A program made the position numbers and the translations under genes. This document shows positions 11,717 through 24,293 of a stretch of 46,644 nt of DNA, piece by piece. Every line of letters starts with the position of its first letter. Position 1 is the first letter of the stretch. The notes under the pieces were generated by a model. It had not been told where the DNA came from. It made no database searches and worked only from the letters and a program-made list of their open reading frames with translations. The stretch comes from Neoconidiobolus thromboides FSU 785 (lineage: Eukaryota > Fungi > Entomophthoromycota), in contig MU626416.1 in the NCBI GenBank assembly GCA_025603075.1, forward strand, positions 1-46,644. The letters are read 5' to 3'.

Positions 11717-12331
11717 TTAAAAACATAATACATTAATATCTTTTAAAAATTCTTCAGGTTTCAAGATTGTTGAATAATAAACCATAGGTATATTAAACGG
11801 TTGATTCTTAAATGTATTATATATATCTTTAATACATTCATTACATACTTTATCTTTATCTGTTTTTGATATTTGCCAAAATCCAACTGGTGATTTAGCT
11901 TTGGAGTTATCAATTATGGTTTTCGCGCGTAGTAACTCAGTAATACAAGAGCTAGATCTGCCTCCTTTTTTAGCACATACTACTTCTACTGCTTCTTTAT
12001 TGGACCATAAATTATATGAATGATGATGATTCTCAGCTAAAGGACTTTGGCTATTTGGGGAGCTCAAATTACAATATTTAACAATGAATTTGGAAGCATC
12101 AATAGTTAAATTTCTACAACTATCACTACAAACATCGTTAGCTGTACTAAAATAAAGGGAAGAAAAGGAATAACAGTTCTCCAATTTGGGGTATAAACTA
12201 TCTAACTCTTTTTTCAAATTGGGGTTTTTTTTACATTGATTATCTAAGCTAAAATTCACATCCTCATGAAATTTGCTGCTTTGATACCCAAATATTAATG
12301 TAAGTGATAAAACTATAAATTGTTGAAGCAT
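11717..12331 (-). CDS. Small secreted cysteine-rich protein, 204 aa, family unknown
   Basis: Single ORF; hydrophobic N-terminus MLQQFIVLSLTLIFGYQSS resembles a signal peptide; 10 Cys; no recognisable domain. Confidence 0.75.
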   Translation of the reverse strand: MLQQFIVLSLTLIFGYQSSKFHEDVNFSLDNQCKKNPNLKKELDSLYPKLENCYSFSSLYFSTANDVCSDSCRNLTIDASKFIVKYCNLSSPNSQSPLAENHHHSYNLWSNKEAVEVVCAKKGGRSSSCITELLRAKTIIDNSKAKSPVGFWQISKTDKDKVCNECIKDIYNTFKNQPFNIPMVYYSTILKPEEFLKDINVLCF

Positions 12332-13186
12332 TTGAAAAAATTAAAGTTGAAAATTAAAGAAAGGCTTATTAGATTTAAGTATTAATACTCCTTTTTTAAA
12401 ATAGTAATTTTCATTTGAGTGTTTGATTGAGCTTTTTTTGCTAAGATTCCTTGTTAATCAATTAAACTTGGATACAACTATTGAAATTCTATTGCAACTC
12501 AATAACTGTTCATTTAAGAATAAAATTTGGTCAAATCATGTACTAAAAAAGTAAAATAATACATAGTTAGCGCTAAAAGTTATCACAAATAATTCGCAAT
12601 AGAGTTGTAGTCAAAAAGCTAATATGAAACCCTTCTGGATTATTTTAAGTAGCAGTCCAATTTTGTACTAAAAATAGTAATGTCAAACAATTGGCTCAAG
12701 AAGTATTATTACACATCTATGAAAGTAAACCTACTTATCCACCTTTTTAGCCTTTCTTGGAAAAAAATATCATGGGGTCCTTTTCTTGTTACTTTCTATA
12801 AAAGGTTAAAAAAATAGATATTGAGGCTTGCTTCTGTAGACGTGTACAAATTTGAAAAATAAGCAGCTATTTTTATAAAACTTAACCTACTATTGAATAA
12901 GTTTCTTGTGCAAGGAACTTGTTTCTTTCGTTAAATACTTGTTGGTTTTAAATTTTACTTCAAATAGAAAATAAGGATACTCTGTTGAAACAAACTCCAC
13001 ATTTCAATCTTATTGTCTTTATTGTTTTTGACCCTTAGTTTATTAAGGGCAACACTGAATTTCAGCAAAAATCGCCTATTGAAAAAACAATAAAAATGTG
13101 CACACAATTTGAAATCAAGTTTTACAAGTTTGAATTTTGAAATCTAATCTTTTTAGATCATCAAAAATTCCAATTCTATATCCAAA

Positions 13187-13760
13187 ATGAGTCTACTACA
13201 AACAGTGATGAAAAATCGATTAATTAGCAATATAAAGTTACAATCTAGTAACAAATTAAAATTGAATTTTAATTTACAATGTGTAAGAAAGAGTACAACA
13301 AATGGTAATTAATATTAGTTGATTCTTAAACAAACTTAATCTTTTTAATTCTTTTAGCTTCTTTACCCAAACATGAAGGTAATTTAAAAAACATTATAAT
13401 CAACTGTCTCCAATATTGACTCTTATTAATTTTTTAGTGAATAAAATGGAAGGAAGTTATCATTGGTATTTTGAAAAGGGTATATCTTTAACTTTATTAC
13501 CTATTTTTGGTATCTCTGCATTTTATGGTAGTTTACCAGTTAATGATTATGCCATGGGAGTCATTTTACCAATCCATATTCATATGGGGCTTACTTCTGT
13601 AATCGTTGATTATTTACCTTTTCGTCGTACCCCAGTCGCTCATTGCATTGCTCTCATTGCTCAACATACTGCTACCTTTTATTCCATGTATGGGAGTTAT
13701 ATTATTAATTCTAGGGATGTAGGATTAACTGAATATTTTAAAAGAGTTTGGAAAGCTTAA
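13187..13760 (+). CDS. SDH4: Succinate dehydrogenase cytochrome b small subunit (CybS; Sdh4/Tim18 family); 3 exons including a 21-nt microexon
   Basis: Exons 13187-13304, 13358-13378, 13438-13760. Basic mitochondrial presequence; GSYHWYFEK...ILPIHIHMGLTSVIVDYLP matches the CybS signature. Confidence 0.85.
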
Positions 13761-13808
13761 AATAGAAATAAAAAGGTTCAATCGAAAAGTTGTGGTAATT
13801 AGAAAGGT

Positions 13809-16800
13809 TTATTTATTTAAATTAAATTGGCTTAAAAATGGATACTCCTTTTTCAAGTCGAATAATTTACTTTTGATACTTGAATCCAATTGATTAGCTT
13901 TATATTTTAATATATATTCTCGCATTATTGATTCTATATTTTCCTTTTGTTCCTTGAAAAATAATTAATATGTTACTTTAATAAATAAAGAATTAAAATA
14001 CTTTAGTTATTAATCTTTGATTCCCATTTTCAAGTTCATTCACTTTATGAGTAGCTAAATCGGTCACCACTTTTGGAAAACCAGCTATTTTAGCTACTTG
14101 AATACCTAACGATTGATCACAACTACCTAAAAATAAATTAAATGTATGTCAATATATTTAGTTTTATTTCTTTACCTTCTTCAATTTTATATAACAAAGT
14201 TAAGTTACTATCCAATTCGGAATTTTGATTCAGATGCACTTTAACATGTAAATTAGCAACTTTTGGAATTTCTTCTTTTAACTTAGTAAGCTCATGAAAA
14301 TGAGTCGCAAATAAGCACATGCTTTTACATTGATTACAAATATAACTAAATTATAATGTTAGTATTGACTTACTAATGTATGCTTAAATTTACTCAGAAA
14401 TAGACCATGCTAAACCAAAACCATCATGGGTACTTGTACCTCGTCCAAGTTCATCAATAATAATTAACGAATTTTCAGTAGCAGACTATAAAAAGAATAT
14501 TAATTTGATATGAAGTTAAAATTAGCTTACTTTTAATATTGTTGATGTTTCTAGCATTTCTACCATAAATGTAGACATTCCCTAATAGTAAATGAATAAA
14601 TAATTACTAATGTTAGCTTCATTGAGTCTTACCTTTAATTGTGAGTCATTAGCTCCTATTCTTGCTAGTATGCAATCAAAGATAGGCAAATTAGCACTAT
14701 CGCATGGTACATAACATCCAATTTGTGCCATAAGTGAAACCATACCGATCTAATTTGACGATATTAAATTATTATGAAAATATAATATTTGATGTAATAG
14801 TATATAATAATATGACAACAATGTCAAATAAATACTTACTTGTCGAATATATGTTGATTTACCACCCATATTTGGTCCTGTAACAATTAAGAATTCTCTT
14901 TGATCTATCAATATTTAATTTAATATTTAATATTAATTAGTTAAATTACTTTGAATCATTGATGCATCATTAGGGATGAAATTAACTTCAGGTTGTACTT
15001 CTAAACAAGGATGTCTTGAACCAATTAAGTTTAATTCACGTTGATTATCTAGTTTGTTTTAATTAAATTATTAAATTATTATATCACTTACCATTCGTTG
15101 AAAATTGTGGTCGAACATAGGCAGGATTGGAGTTAATAGCTACATTAGCAAAACTAAATGAATAGTTAATAAAATTATACCACTTTATTAAATTAAAGTT
15201 ACCTAATTATGAGATCTAAGTGAGCAACGAGAGCATTTAGTAATTCAAACGTAACAGTATAAGATTCTATTTTAAATAGAAAGTTAATTATTGACTTTTG
15301 ATAATAATATCAATTCTTAACACTTACTAACTATCTCTAAAACTTCTTTTACAAGAGTAGATTGTATTTTATTATACATAGCATTTAAGTCTTGATATTC
15401 TTCATTTAAGTTTTTCATTTTTAAAGTTGTGAAATAGGTGCCTGCTTTTTGAACTGCTAGTTCAATAAAATCTTTTTGGTAAGACCTTAATACAACAGCA
15501 TCCTAAGGACTTTAAGCATTAACTACTAAATATTAAATTGAAATTTACTGTTCTTGAAAGTCGAAAACAATGGCCATAAGTAGAAGAGTTTTCGTACTTT
15601 AATTTCCTATCAACTTCGAGCCCTAGCTTGTTTGCTACTTTTTCATACTCTAATTGAAAATTTGATTCAATTTCTTTTATTTGTTGTGATATCTGTTCTA
15701 ATTCTTCACTAAATTCACTTTTAATTTGATAAATGTGTTGATCAAGCCTTTCTAAATCTATAGTGGTTTCTACCAGTTCTTTTAATTTTTCTAGTCCCTC
15801 ATAGTATTCCTTAATTTTTTATTATCATTTATTACTTGTAAACTATTATTAACCATTTACCTCTAATTTAACAGAATAAACACTACGAATTAATTGAATA
15901 TTTTGACTATTGTTAAGCATTTCAATCATGTCAGGTAGTTTTAAAATAAATTGGTAAATACGTACAACATCCTTTAATAGTTAGCTATATGTCAGTTATA
16001 ATTGCATAGCTAAATACCTGTAAAGTAGCTCTATTTTTACGAAACTTCTTAGCTAGACCATTTAAATCAGGTGTAACTTTAAGTACATTACTACAAATAC
16101 TATCTCTTGTGGTATGATCATCAATAAAACTTTCTACCAAATCCAACCTTAAATTGATATCTTCAAGTTTAATCAAAGGTTGTTTTAACCATTGATATAA
16201 TAATCGAGATCCCATTGCAGTATAACATTGGTTTAATAAACCATATAAGCTCATTGTTTTTTGTCTACTACTATTTTTATCTGGTAAAAGATTTAATGCA
16301 ATTAAAGCAGAGCCATCTAACTTCATATATTGAGATAAATCGTGTGTTTTTAATAAAAATCGATTTTCATTAGAGGAATCCTGTAATAAACCTAAATAAC
16401 TTATTAGACATGCTGCTGAAGCTAATCCTAATTTCATATCATATTCTGATAAATTATTCAGTGGTAAAGAGTCTGCTATTAATAAAGTCTTAAAATTCTC
16501 TTCAATATCTTTAAGTGAATATTCACTCTTTTTTGCTGTGGTGATCATAATATTGCATCGATTTAAAATGGTTTTTATTTTTTCCAGCTCATAACTCTCT
16601 TCTGATGGTATAATACATTCCATTGCTCCGGTTTGAATTAATAAAGACTCAAAGTTATTAAATATTTCATTATCTATGAACTCACTAATACTTATTATCC
16701 CTTCATTGTTATCTATGAAACATGTTCCTATTACCTTTTTATGTGTGTCATGAATCAACTCAATTAATTTATATTTAACTTACTTTTCCCCCTTTAACAG

Positions 16801-17523
16801 TATTACCCAATTTAATAGCTAGAACGGTAGGGGCAGTAGTGGGTTCAAAATTATCAAACAATAAATCTTCTAAAGCATCTAAGTTACCAGGGGTAGCCTA
16901 AAAATAATCAGAAAGCAAATAAATTTTCAAAGTGAAAAGTTGCAACAAAATTACTTTTTTGATAATTTTCCATCCATTTTGTTTTTTTCCATCATTATTT
17001 GACCAAATTTCAATCCTTTTGCTGTTCATTTGGCCTTTTAGAAAATTCTCACATGCCAGTTTAGATAAACTCAAACTTGGCAACCCAGTATTTATACCCC
17101 CTTTAAATTGAAATCTTAAATCCTTTGTTTTTTGATTTATTTCTTTTTTTACCTCCAAGATATTTTACCACTGTTTTTGTTTTATAGATCTGTTCAGCTG
17201 CATAAAAAGCATCTTCTCCATGTAATGTATAGAAATCCTTTGCAATTGAAGTTAATAATATAACTTTTTTGCTTTAAAGTTATCCTTACCCCGCCAGATC
17301 TTTCGAATAATCTTATAGTGTCTTCAAGCTATATAAATAATCTATTAATAAGGTGTATATATGAATAAAAATTAAATTTACAGTTTCCAAATTTTTAACA
17401 AATTCACAAAACCCTGTATCGTTTATCTTTTCTTTATTTATTTGTTAATTTCATTATCATTTCATTATTATTTTAGCTACCTAATTGTTCATTTTCTACT
17501 TTTTCAGATGGAATTGTGGCCAT
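13809..17523 (-). CDS. MSH2: DNA mismatch repair protein Msh2, multi-exon
   Basis: TIRLFER...[30 protein letters not shown], Walker [51 protein letters not shown]; last exon ends [14 protein letters not shown] at 13809-13811. Confidence 0.95.
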
Positions 17524-18323
17524 TTTTTTAAGAAAATGAAACAAAATAATTTTGAGCTTTCGTTTTTACTTTTACTATTCTATAAATAGTAAATTTTATT
17601 AAATTTATTTTTTAATGAAAAAATAGATACTAATGATAAAAATCATTTTATTTACATGTAATAAATAAAATCAATGAAAATTCATCAAAATTGATATCTT
17701 TTGAACTTCTACATGTTATTACTTATACTTTAACAATTTCAAGTAAACTTAAATGAACTTTATTGTGTTTTTAAAATAATTTGTTAAATAGAGCCTCAAT
17801 TGGAGATATTTCAAGTTTATTTAAAAAGCTTGATCATATTTAACTTATTAATAATTGCTTTATTTTAACTTATAACAACATATTGGCGTTATGAGTGTTG
17901 TTTTTACAAAAAGGTGATATAATATTGTATGATCTAATCTACTATATCAAAAGATTATTCTACTAGTCATACACCCATATTACGGTATTTTGGTTCTTAG
18001 TTTAAATTGTGTTTTATGCCCATTTTAATTATTTTAGAATATAATATTATTAATTAAGAATTTTGTACAAATATTTAATTCAAATATTAATAGTATTTAT
18101 ACGTAAGCTATTACTATATCATTTCAACCAAAGAGTAAAAATAGTATAGCGAAGCGAGTTACCAGATTTATATGAACATATTTAAAAATATAGCTTGTAC
18201 TTCAAGCAAAATAATTTACACACATAACACATACACTTCCACCACATGATATTTTACTTTCATGAACGCATGATTGATTGAGCAAAATCGAGAATTATCT
18301 CAAGCTAAATTAATGAAAAAAAT

Positions 18324-18377
18324 AATTAGCAAATTTCAATCCAAATTAGCCAAATTAGCCAATCATTTATGATTTGG
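18324..18377 (+). promoter_or_regulatory. Tandem CCAAATTAG/CCAAT motif cluster upstream of KAR2
   Basis: ccaaattag ccaaattag ccaatcat tt atgatttgg about 350-400 bp before the ATG; function inferred only from CCAAT-box similarity. Confidence 0.3.
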
Positions 18378-18725
18378 TAACAAATTTTAATTTTTCTTCA
18401 TGTTTGTATTTTATTGGCCATAGATCAAAAGTTAAAAGTAAAGAATTGAATAATAGCGCTGGACCCAATTGATTTGCTAATATAATTATGATGGCATAAT
18501 ATAATTGGACAAAATTGATGAATAAAATTTAGCTAGAACCAATTATTAAGCGACAAATAATGAATGAAAAAGTAATCAAAAAAAACTCAAAGATATATAA
18601 ACATAACAAAGTAAATCTTAAACTTCAACTCTTTAATATAACCAGACCGATTTAAGGTTTACATTATATATTTTTTTAACTTTTGTTTATAGCCCATATA
18701 CATATCAAATCAAGGTTAAATTAAA

Positions 18726-20723
18726 ATGGTCAACTTTTCAAAAGCCACTTCAGTTGTGCTGATGGCTCTTGGCTTAGTAGGGAATGTCTTTGCTAAGGAA
18801 GGGAGCACAAAAGCAAATAATACCGGATCAGAGGACTACGGTACAGTCATCGGTATTGATTTAGGTACCACATACTCATGTGTTGGTGTACATATTGGTG
18901 GTCGTGTTGAAATTATTACTAATGATCAAGGTAATCGTATTACTCCATCTTATGTAGGTTTCGCTGGAGACGAACGTTTAGTTGGTGACTCAGCTAAAAA
19001 TCAAGCTCCTAGCAACCCAGAAAATACTATCTTCGATGTCAAGCGTCTTGTTGGTCGTACCTTTGATGATCCTACCCTTAAGAAGGATTTAAAGAACTTC
19101 CCATTCAAGGTCATTAATAAGGATAACAAACCAGTAATCCAAGTCGAAGTTAAAGGTAAAAAGAAACAATTTACTCCTGAAGAAATTTCTGCTATGATCC
19201 TTGGTAAGATGAAGGAAACTGCCGAAAACTATCTTGGTAAAAAAGTCACCCACGCCGTTGTTACCGTACCTGCTTATTTCAATGATGCCCAACGTCAAGC
19301 CACCAAAGATGCTGGTACTATTGCCGGTCTTACTGTCCTCCGTATTATTAATGAGCCAACTGCCGCCGCTATTGCCTATGGATTAGATCGTGCCTCTAAG
19401 GAAAAACAAATCCTTGTCTATGATTTAGGAGGTGGTACTTTCGATGTTTCTCTTCTTTCTATTGATGATGGTGTCTTTGAAGTATTAGCTACTTCAGGTG
19501 ATACCCATTTAGGTGGTGAAGATTTCGATAACAACATCATTGATCATTTTGTTAAACTTTACAAGAAGAAACATAACAAGGACATCAAGACCGATAAAAA
19601 GACCATGGGTAAACTTAAGCGTGAAGCTGAAAAAGCCAAACGTACCCTTTCTTCTCAAATGACCGTACGTATTGAAATTGATTCTTTCTTTGATGGTGAA
19701 GATTTCTCTGAAACTTTAACTCGTGCTCAATTCGAGAGTCTTAACATGAAACTCTTTGAAAAGACCCTTAAACCAGTTGCCCAAGTATTAAAGGATGCTG
19801 GTCTTAAGAAATCTGAAGTTGATGATATTGTACTCGTTGGTGGTTCTACCCGTATTCCTAAAGTTGTTTCTCTCCTTGAAGACTTCTTTGATGGTAAGAA
19901 AGCCTCCAAAGATATTAACCCTGATGAAGCTGTTGCTTATGGTGCTGCTGTTCAAGGTGGTATCCTTACTGGACAAGAAGAACTCTCTGAACTTTTACTT
20001 CTTGATGTTAACCCACTTACTCTTGGTATTGAAACTACCGGTGGTGTCATGGCTAAATTAATTCCACGTAACTCCGCTATCCCAACCAAGAAATCCCAAA
20101 TCTTCTCCACTGCCTCAGATAACCAACAAATTGTTTCTATCCAAATTTATGAAGGTGAACGTTCCCTTACCAAGGATAACAATTTACTCGGTAAATTTGA
20201 TCTTACTGATATTCCTCCAGCACCACGTGGTGTACCACAAATTGAAGTTACCTTTGAGATTGATGCTAATGGTATCCTCAAGGTTGGTGCCGTTGATAAG
20301 GGCACTGGTAAATCCGAATCTATTACTATCTCCAATAACAAAGGTCGTCTTTCCCAAGAAGATATTGATCGTATGATCAAGGAGGCTGAAGACTTTGCTG
20401 ATGAAGATAAAGAAATCAAAGAGAAAGTTGAAGCCAAGAATGCCTTCGAAAATTACATTTATGATATCCGTAGCCAAGTCACCGATAAGGCTAAGTTAGG
20501 TAAAAAGATCTCTGAAGCTGATAAGAAGTCCATTCTTGATGCTATCGAAGAAAAGAGTGAATGGCTCTCATCCCAAGGATCATCTGCCACTAAAGAAGAT
20601 ATTGATGAACAAAAATCAGAACTTGAAGAAGTTGTTAAACCAATTATCGAAAAACTTTATGGTGAATCTTCTGGCTCAGCCACTGAACCTGAAGATGATG
20701 ATTCTGATCATGATGAACTTTAA
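18726..20723 (+). CDS. KAR2: ER Hsp70 chaperone BiP, intronless
   Basis: Signal peptide, [32 protein letters not shown]-terminal HDEL. Confidence 0.98.
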   Translation: MVNFSKATSVVLMALGLVGNVFAKEGSTKANNTGSEDYGTVIGIDLGTTYSCVGVHIGGRVEIITNDQGNRITPSYVGFAGDERLVGDSAKNQAPSNPENTIFDVKRLVGRTFDDPTLKKDLKNFPFKVINKDNKPVIQVEVKGKKKQFTPEEISAMILGKMKETAENYLGKKVTHAVVTVPAYFNDAQRQATKDAGTIAGLTVLRIINEPTAAAIAYGLDRASKEKQILVYDLGGGTFDVSLLSIDDGVFEVLATSGDTHLGGEDFDNNIIDHFVKLYKKKHNKDIKTDKKTMGKLKREAEKAKRTLSSQMTVRIEIDSFFDGEDFSETLTRAQFESLNMKLFEKTLKPVAQVLKDAGLKKSEVDDIVLVGGSTRIPKVVSLLEDFFDGKKASKDINPDEAVAYGAAVQGGILTGQEELSELLLLDVNPLTLGIETTGGVMAKLIPRNSAIPTKKSQIFSTASDNQQIVSIQIYEGERSLTKDNNLLGKFDLTDIPPAPRGVPQIEVTFEIDANGILKVGAVDKGTGKSESITISNNKGRLSQEDIDRMIKEAEDFADEDKEIKEKVEAKNAFENYIYDIRSQVTDKAKLGKKISEADKKSILDAIEEKSEWLSSQGSSATKEDIDEQKSELEEVVKPIIEKLYGESSGSATEPEDDDSDHDEL

Positions 20724-20991
20724 ATTTATTCTAACAAATGATATTATAGTTGATAAAACTACATTTAGGCTTATAAATTAGCTTTTTTTTAATATAAATA
20801 AAAAAATAAAATTATAATCATTCTATAATAGTTTAAAGTTTATCATTTAACGGTTAACATTATCTAAAACGTAAAGAAAATTGATATTGTTTGTACAAAG
20901 TTTTTTTAGTTTACAAAGAGTAATCACTGCAAAACGATTTGTTAAAAATTACTGAAAACTAAAAGTTTTACTATCTTCCAAAGTTTTTTAA

Positions 20992-21096
20992 CCCTTTGAG
21001 CACCAAACGCTTAAAAAAAACTGTTCGATTAGACCATACTTTCTGTTCGATTTTATACCAACTAATCAGTTTTTTTGAAACTCAATATCCAAAGGG
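20992..21096. mobile_element. Possible piggyBac-like miniature element
   Basis: TTAA (20988-20991) + CCCTTTG ... CAAAGGG + TCAT; internal direct repeat ctgttcgatt x2 (~21021, ~21044). Right TSD has two mismatches; single copy. Confidence 0.3.
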
Positions 21097-21273
21097 TCAT
21101 CCTAGTTAAACGTGCAAGGAATGTTTGTCCATAGTACTCAAGTGGTCAAAAGAAAATATGAGATCATCAACAATACAATGATAAAGTAATAAAATTCCAA
21201 AAACTGTTTATATTACAATACTATGTCATATATTGTTTGCATTTGATATTATAACAAGTTTTTTAAACTATAT

Positions 21274-21367
21274 GGGGGTGTTTTTTTTGGCTTCATTACT
21301 TTTTCCATCTTTTAGCACTATTTGAGTGGAAAAATTATTACCAAAAAATATAACGAAATATATTATT
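21274..21367 (-). mobile_element. MITE family 1, copy 11
   Basis: GGGGGTG start after ATAT 21270-21273; far end eroded (aaatatattatt vs aaatacatcccc) and followed by ATAT 21368-21371, shared with copy 12. Confidence 0.8.
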
Positions 21368-21371
21368 ATAT

Positions 21372-21467
21372 GGATATGTATTTCTGTGTTTAAGAATTTC
21401 ACTAATAACTTTTCCACTCAAATAGTGCTAAAAGATAGAAAAAGCAATGAAACCAAAAAATATCCCT
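21372..21467 (+). mobile_element. MITE family 1, copy 12
   Basis: Full length; TSD ATAT 21368-21371 / ATGT 21468-21471. Confidence 0.88.
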
Positions 21468-22406
21468 ATGTCTTTAATTGAGGTTCATAGAATTTTTATC
21501 AAAATATTGATATAAAAACTTATTTACTGTATTTTGGTATAGCTTTTCAAATAATTTTATTAAAATATTTAGAACTCTAGATCTAATTTAGATTATATTA
21601 ATTTAGACTATCATCCCTCTTTTCAATTAAGTCTGATTATATTATAAAATAATTCTTATTTGTAATGGTATTTGTAGCCAAGAATATATTTTCACTTTCA
21701 AACTTGATAATGATTGGTCACAATATTTGTGTTTTTTTAACAAATACATGCTAAAGGTAATGTGATACGAATATAACTTTTTAGCCTTGTTATTAGTAAA
21801 AGCGATACTGAAATAGAAGTAATTATTTTAATTACTAAATTAAATGAGTAAAGCCCTTTCTAAAATATGATGTCGTTAAAGGAGATAATGATCAAGAGCT
21901 GAAACTCTTAATTTTTATATTCTATCTTTAACCATATTAAGCAATCCTGAGACTTAGAATATTATGAATTTTAAATCTTTTTCATTCATGAGTTATTTTG
22001 AAAGCAACAATTTTCACAATTCATGACAGCAGTATTTGAGTCAAAGTTCAAAGATGTGATTAAAAAAATCAAATCATTTTTGTATCTTCTATATTTTATT
22101 CTTCTAAAGTCTCTATGATATATAAAAGGACTGATGATTCACTACACTAACTTGTCATTTTTCATGGAATTAGATAAAATTACCAAGCTTAATTGAATAA
22201 AATCAATTAGGGCTTCTTACTTTTATAAAATTCTGTTAGAGTTGTGAAGTTGTGACCTTCTAATTCGAGTCCTTTAACATAATTAAATATTCTTGAGTTT
22301 TTGCACTAAATTGTGGTCTAGAATATAAATATAGAACTTAAATAAACTATGGTTAGAATCTTAACATCACAAAAAGTTTCGCTTTTAATTAGCTTTTTAC
22401 AAACAA

Positions 22407-23888
22407 ATGAAAGACATATTCCAATATTTTAATCCTGATGATAAACGTGGCGGCTTCAAAGTCATAAATAAGAGAAATAGGAATCGATACAATGAATTTT
22501 ATACCAAAGCAAGTGAAATTGAAAAGATAATCAAAAAGCTATTGCAAATGAAAGTGGATATTGAGGATGAAAGCACAAATGTAAAGCTCCAAGTATGTAA
22601 GCTTCGAAATGAATTATACTTACCAATAACAGAGTATGTTGATTGGGTATTAAATCAATTAAATCAAGTACTTCAAGGCCAACCTAGTATAAACCTTGAA
22701 AAAATTTCAAAATTTCAAAACCAACACATTCTTAATTTTATCTCTAGAGTTAAAATAATTACTGATTTACCAAATTTACCTGTACAACGTAGAATAATGT
22801 CCTACAAGTTTAACAATTTTGATGCTAACTTTTTAGAAATTGGAGCTCAGTTTTATATTAAATATTTAGACCCTTTAGGTTTATGGTTTACAGCATCGCA
22901 GTTAAATTATGAATTAAAAAAAGAAAAGAGTGATTTAAAGTTTGCTATAATCTTGTATATATCCAATTTTGCTGTTCACAGTAACAAAGACTCTGACTTA
23001 AATCAACATCGAGTTCATTACTATAAGTATCTCAAATCCAAGCTACATACTTATTATATCAATCCATCTTTAAATCATATAATTATCATTATGTTTTTAG
23101 CATTTTTTGAAGCATCTTTACATAGGTTGGCAGCGTTTAAAAGTATGTTGTTCACAGCTGTTAGGATGGGACAGCTTTTGGGCTATGGGGAGCTAGCTTC
23201 AAGTGAAAGAAATAAACACAATTTCTTTGACAATTTTCATACTATAAGAGAGGCAAAAATTTGGGATCTAATAATATTGAATTGTAGTGCTCTTTCTTCC
23301 ATACTGGGTAGTGCTATGATAGATTGTGTACCAAAGATCAAAAATCTTTCAAAGATATCAGAAGAATATAAATCATCACCATTTTTACTTCAATTAATTA
23401 AACCAGATAATATATCAAAACTTCCAATAATTAAAGAAGCTGCAGCAAACATTACATTTTTATGCTCCAACTTTAACATAATCAATGAATATCATGCAGA
23501 ATGGAGGATGGAATTTAATAAATGTAGTTTCAAAGACATTGTCAGGTATTATTCTTCATTAAAGTTTCGGTCATTTAAGGAGGCAGATTTATTATTACAT
23601 GAATATCGAAAAAAAATGTCAATGAATTACTCAGCGTTGGAACTATTAACAAAAGATTCGAAGTTGATTAAATGGCTTGGTGTTCATCATTTTTCTAAAA
23701 ATTGGCTAACATTTGGTCCAGTTTATACTATTATAATGTCACATTTATTAATTATATATCCAAAAATGATGAATATGTCTGCTATAAGTGGTGTTGATAT
23801 CATAAGGTGTCTTCACGTTATTGAGCCATGTCATTTATTTTACTTTAGAAAGTGGTATGATTATTGTTCTTTAAATGACTTTGAATAA
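22407..23888 (+). CDS. Fungal transcription-factor middle-homology-region (Fungal_trans-like) protein without Zn2Cys6 cluster, paralog 1
   Basis: 493-aa intronless ORF; PSLNHIIIIMFLAFFE...MLFTAVRMGQLLGY resembles the MHR motif (PSL..Q.L.LL..Y...A.R.A..LG); homologous to 27012-28460. Confidence 0.7.
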   Translation: MKDIFQYFNPDDKRGGFKVINKRNRNRYNEFYTKASEIEKIIKKLLQMKVDIEDESTNVKLQVCKLRNELYLPITEYVDWVLNQLNQVLQGQPSINLEKISKFQNQHILNFISRVKIITDLPNLPVQRRIMSYKFNNFDANFLEIGAQFYIKYLDPLGLWFTASQLNYELKKEKSDLKFAIILYISNFAVHSNKDSDLNQHRVHYYKYLKSKLHTYYINPSLNHIIIIMFLAFFEASLHRLAAFKSMLFTAVRMGQLLGYGELASSERNKHNFFDNFHTIREAKIWDLIILNCSALSSILGSAMIDCVPKIKNLSKISEEYKSSPFLLQLIKPDNISKLPIIKEAAANITFLCSNFNIINEYHAEWRMEFNKCSFKDIVRYYSSLKFRSFKEADLLLHEYRKKMSMNYSALELLTKDSKLIKWLGVHHFSKNWLTFGPVYTIIMSHLLIIYPKMMNMSAISGVDIIRCLHVIEPCHLFYFRKWYDYCSLNDFE

Positions 23889-24197
23889 TTATAATCGAAA
23901 ACATAATCATGCTATGGGAATTTCTAGAGACAATAGTCTTAAATAAAGCTTACACGTTTTTATATAACTTTTACATGAAATTAATTATACTTTAATTTTT
24001 TATTATTTGGACCAGTTATAAATATAATTTGAAGCATAGAAGCTTAAATTAAAATTTGGTAGAACATAACAATGTTATTTTACCAATAAAATAGAACTAA
24101 ATATTATAGTATTGGTTTAATATGACCTCTTTCAACCTAAGTTCTATTTTCAGTTTTAATGTTCTATGAAGGGAGAGAGTCTAAATAACAACGATAT

Positions 24198-24293
24198 GGG
24201 GATGTATTTTTTTGTTCAAGAATTTTACCAACAATCTTTTCACTTAAATAGTACTTGAAAATAGAAAAGTAATAAAACCAAAAAAATACCCCC
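24198..24293 (+). mobile_element. MITE family 1, copy 13
   Basis: GGGGATG...TACCCCC; TSD ATAT 24194-24197 / 24294-24297. Confidence 0.92.

Noticed and set aside
12680-12870. Coding-like stretch NVKQLAQEVLLHIYESKPTYPPF*...
   Set aside because: Interrupted by stops, with no splice signals or recognisable family.
19089-20781. Several antisense and alternate-frame ORFs overlapping KAR2
   Set aside because: Shadow ORFs expected from biased codon usage in a highly expressed Hsp70 gene.
22263-22272. B-box-like ATTCGAGTCC (possible tRNA or SINE)
   Set aside because: No cloverleaf, A-box or acceptor stem could be formed around it.
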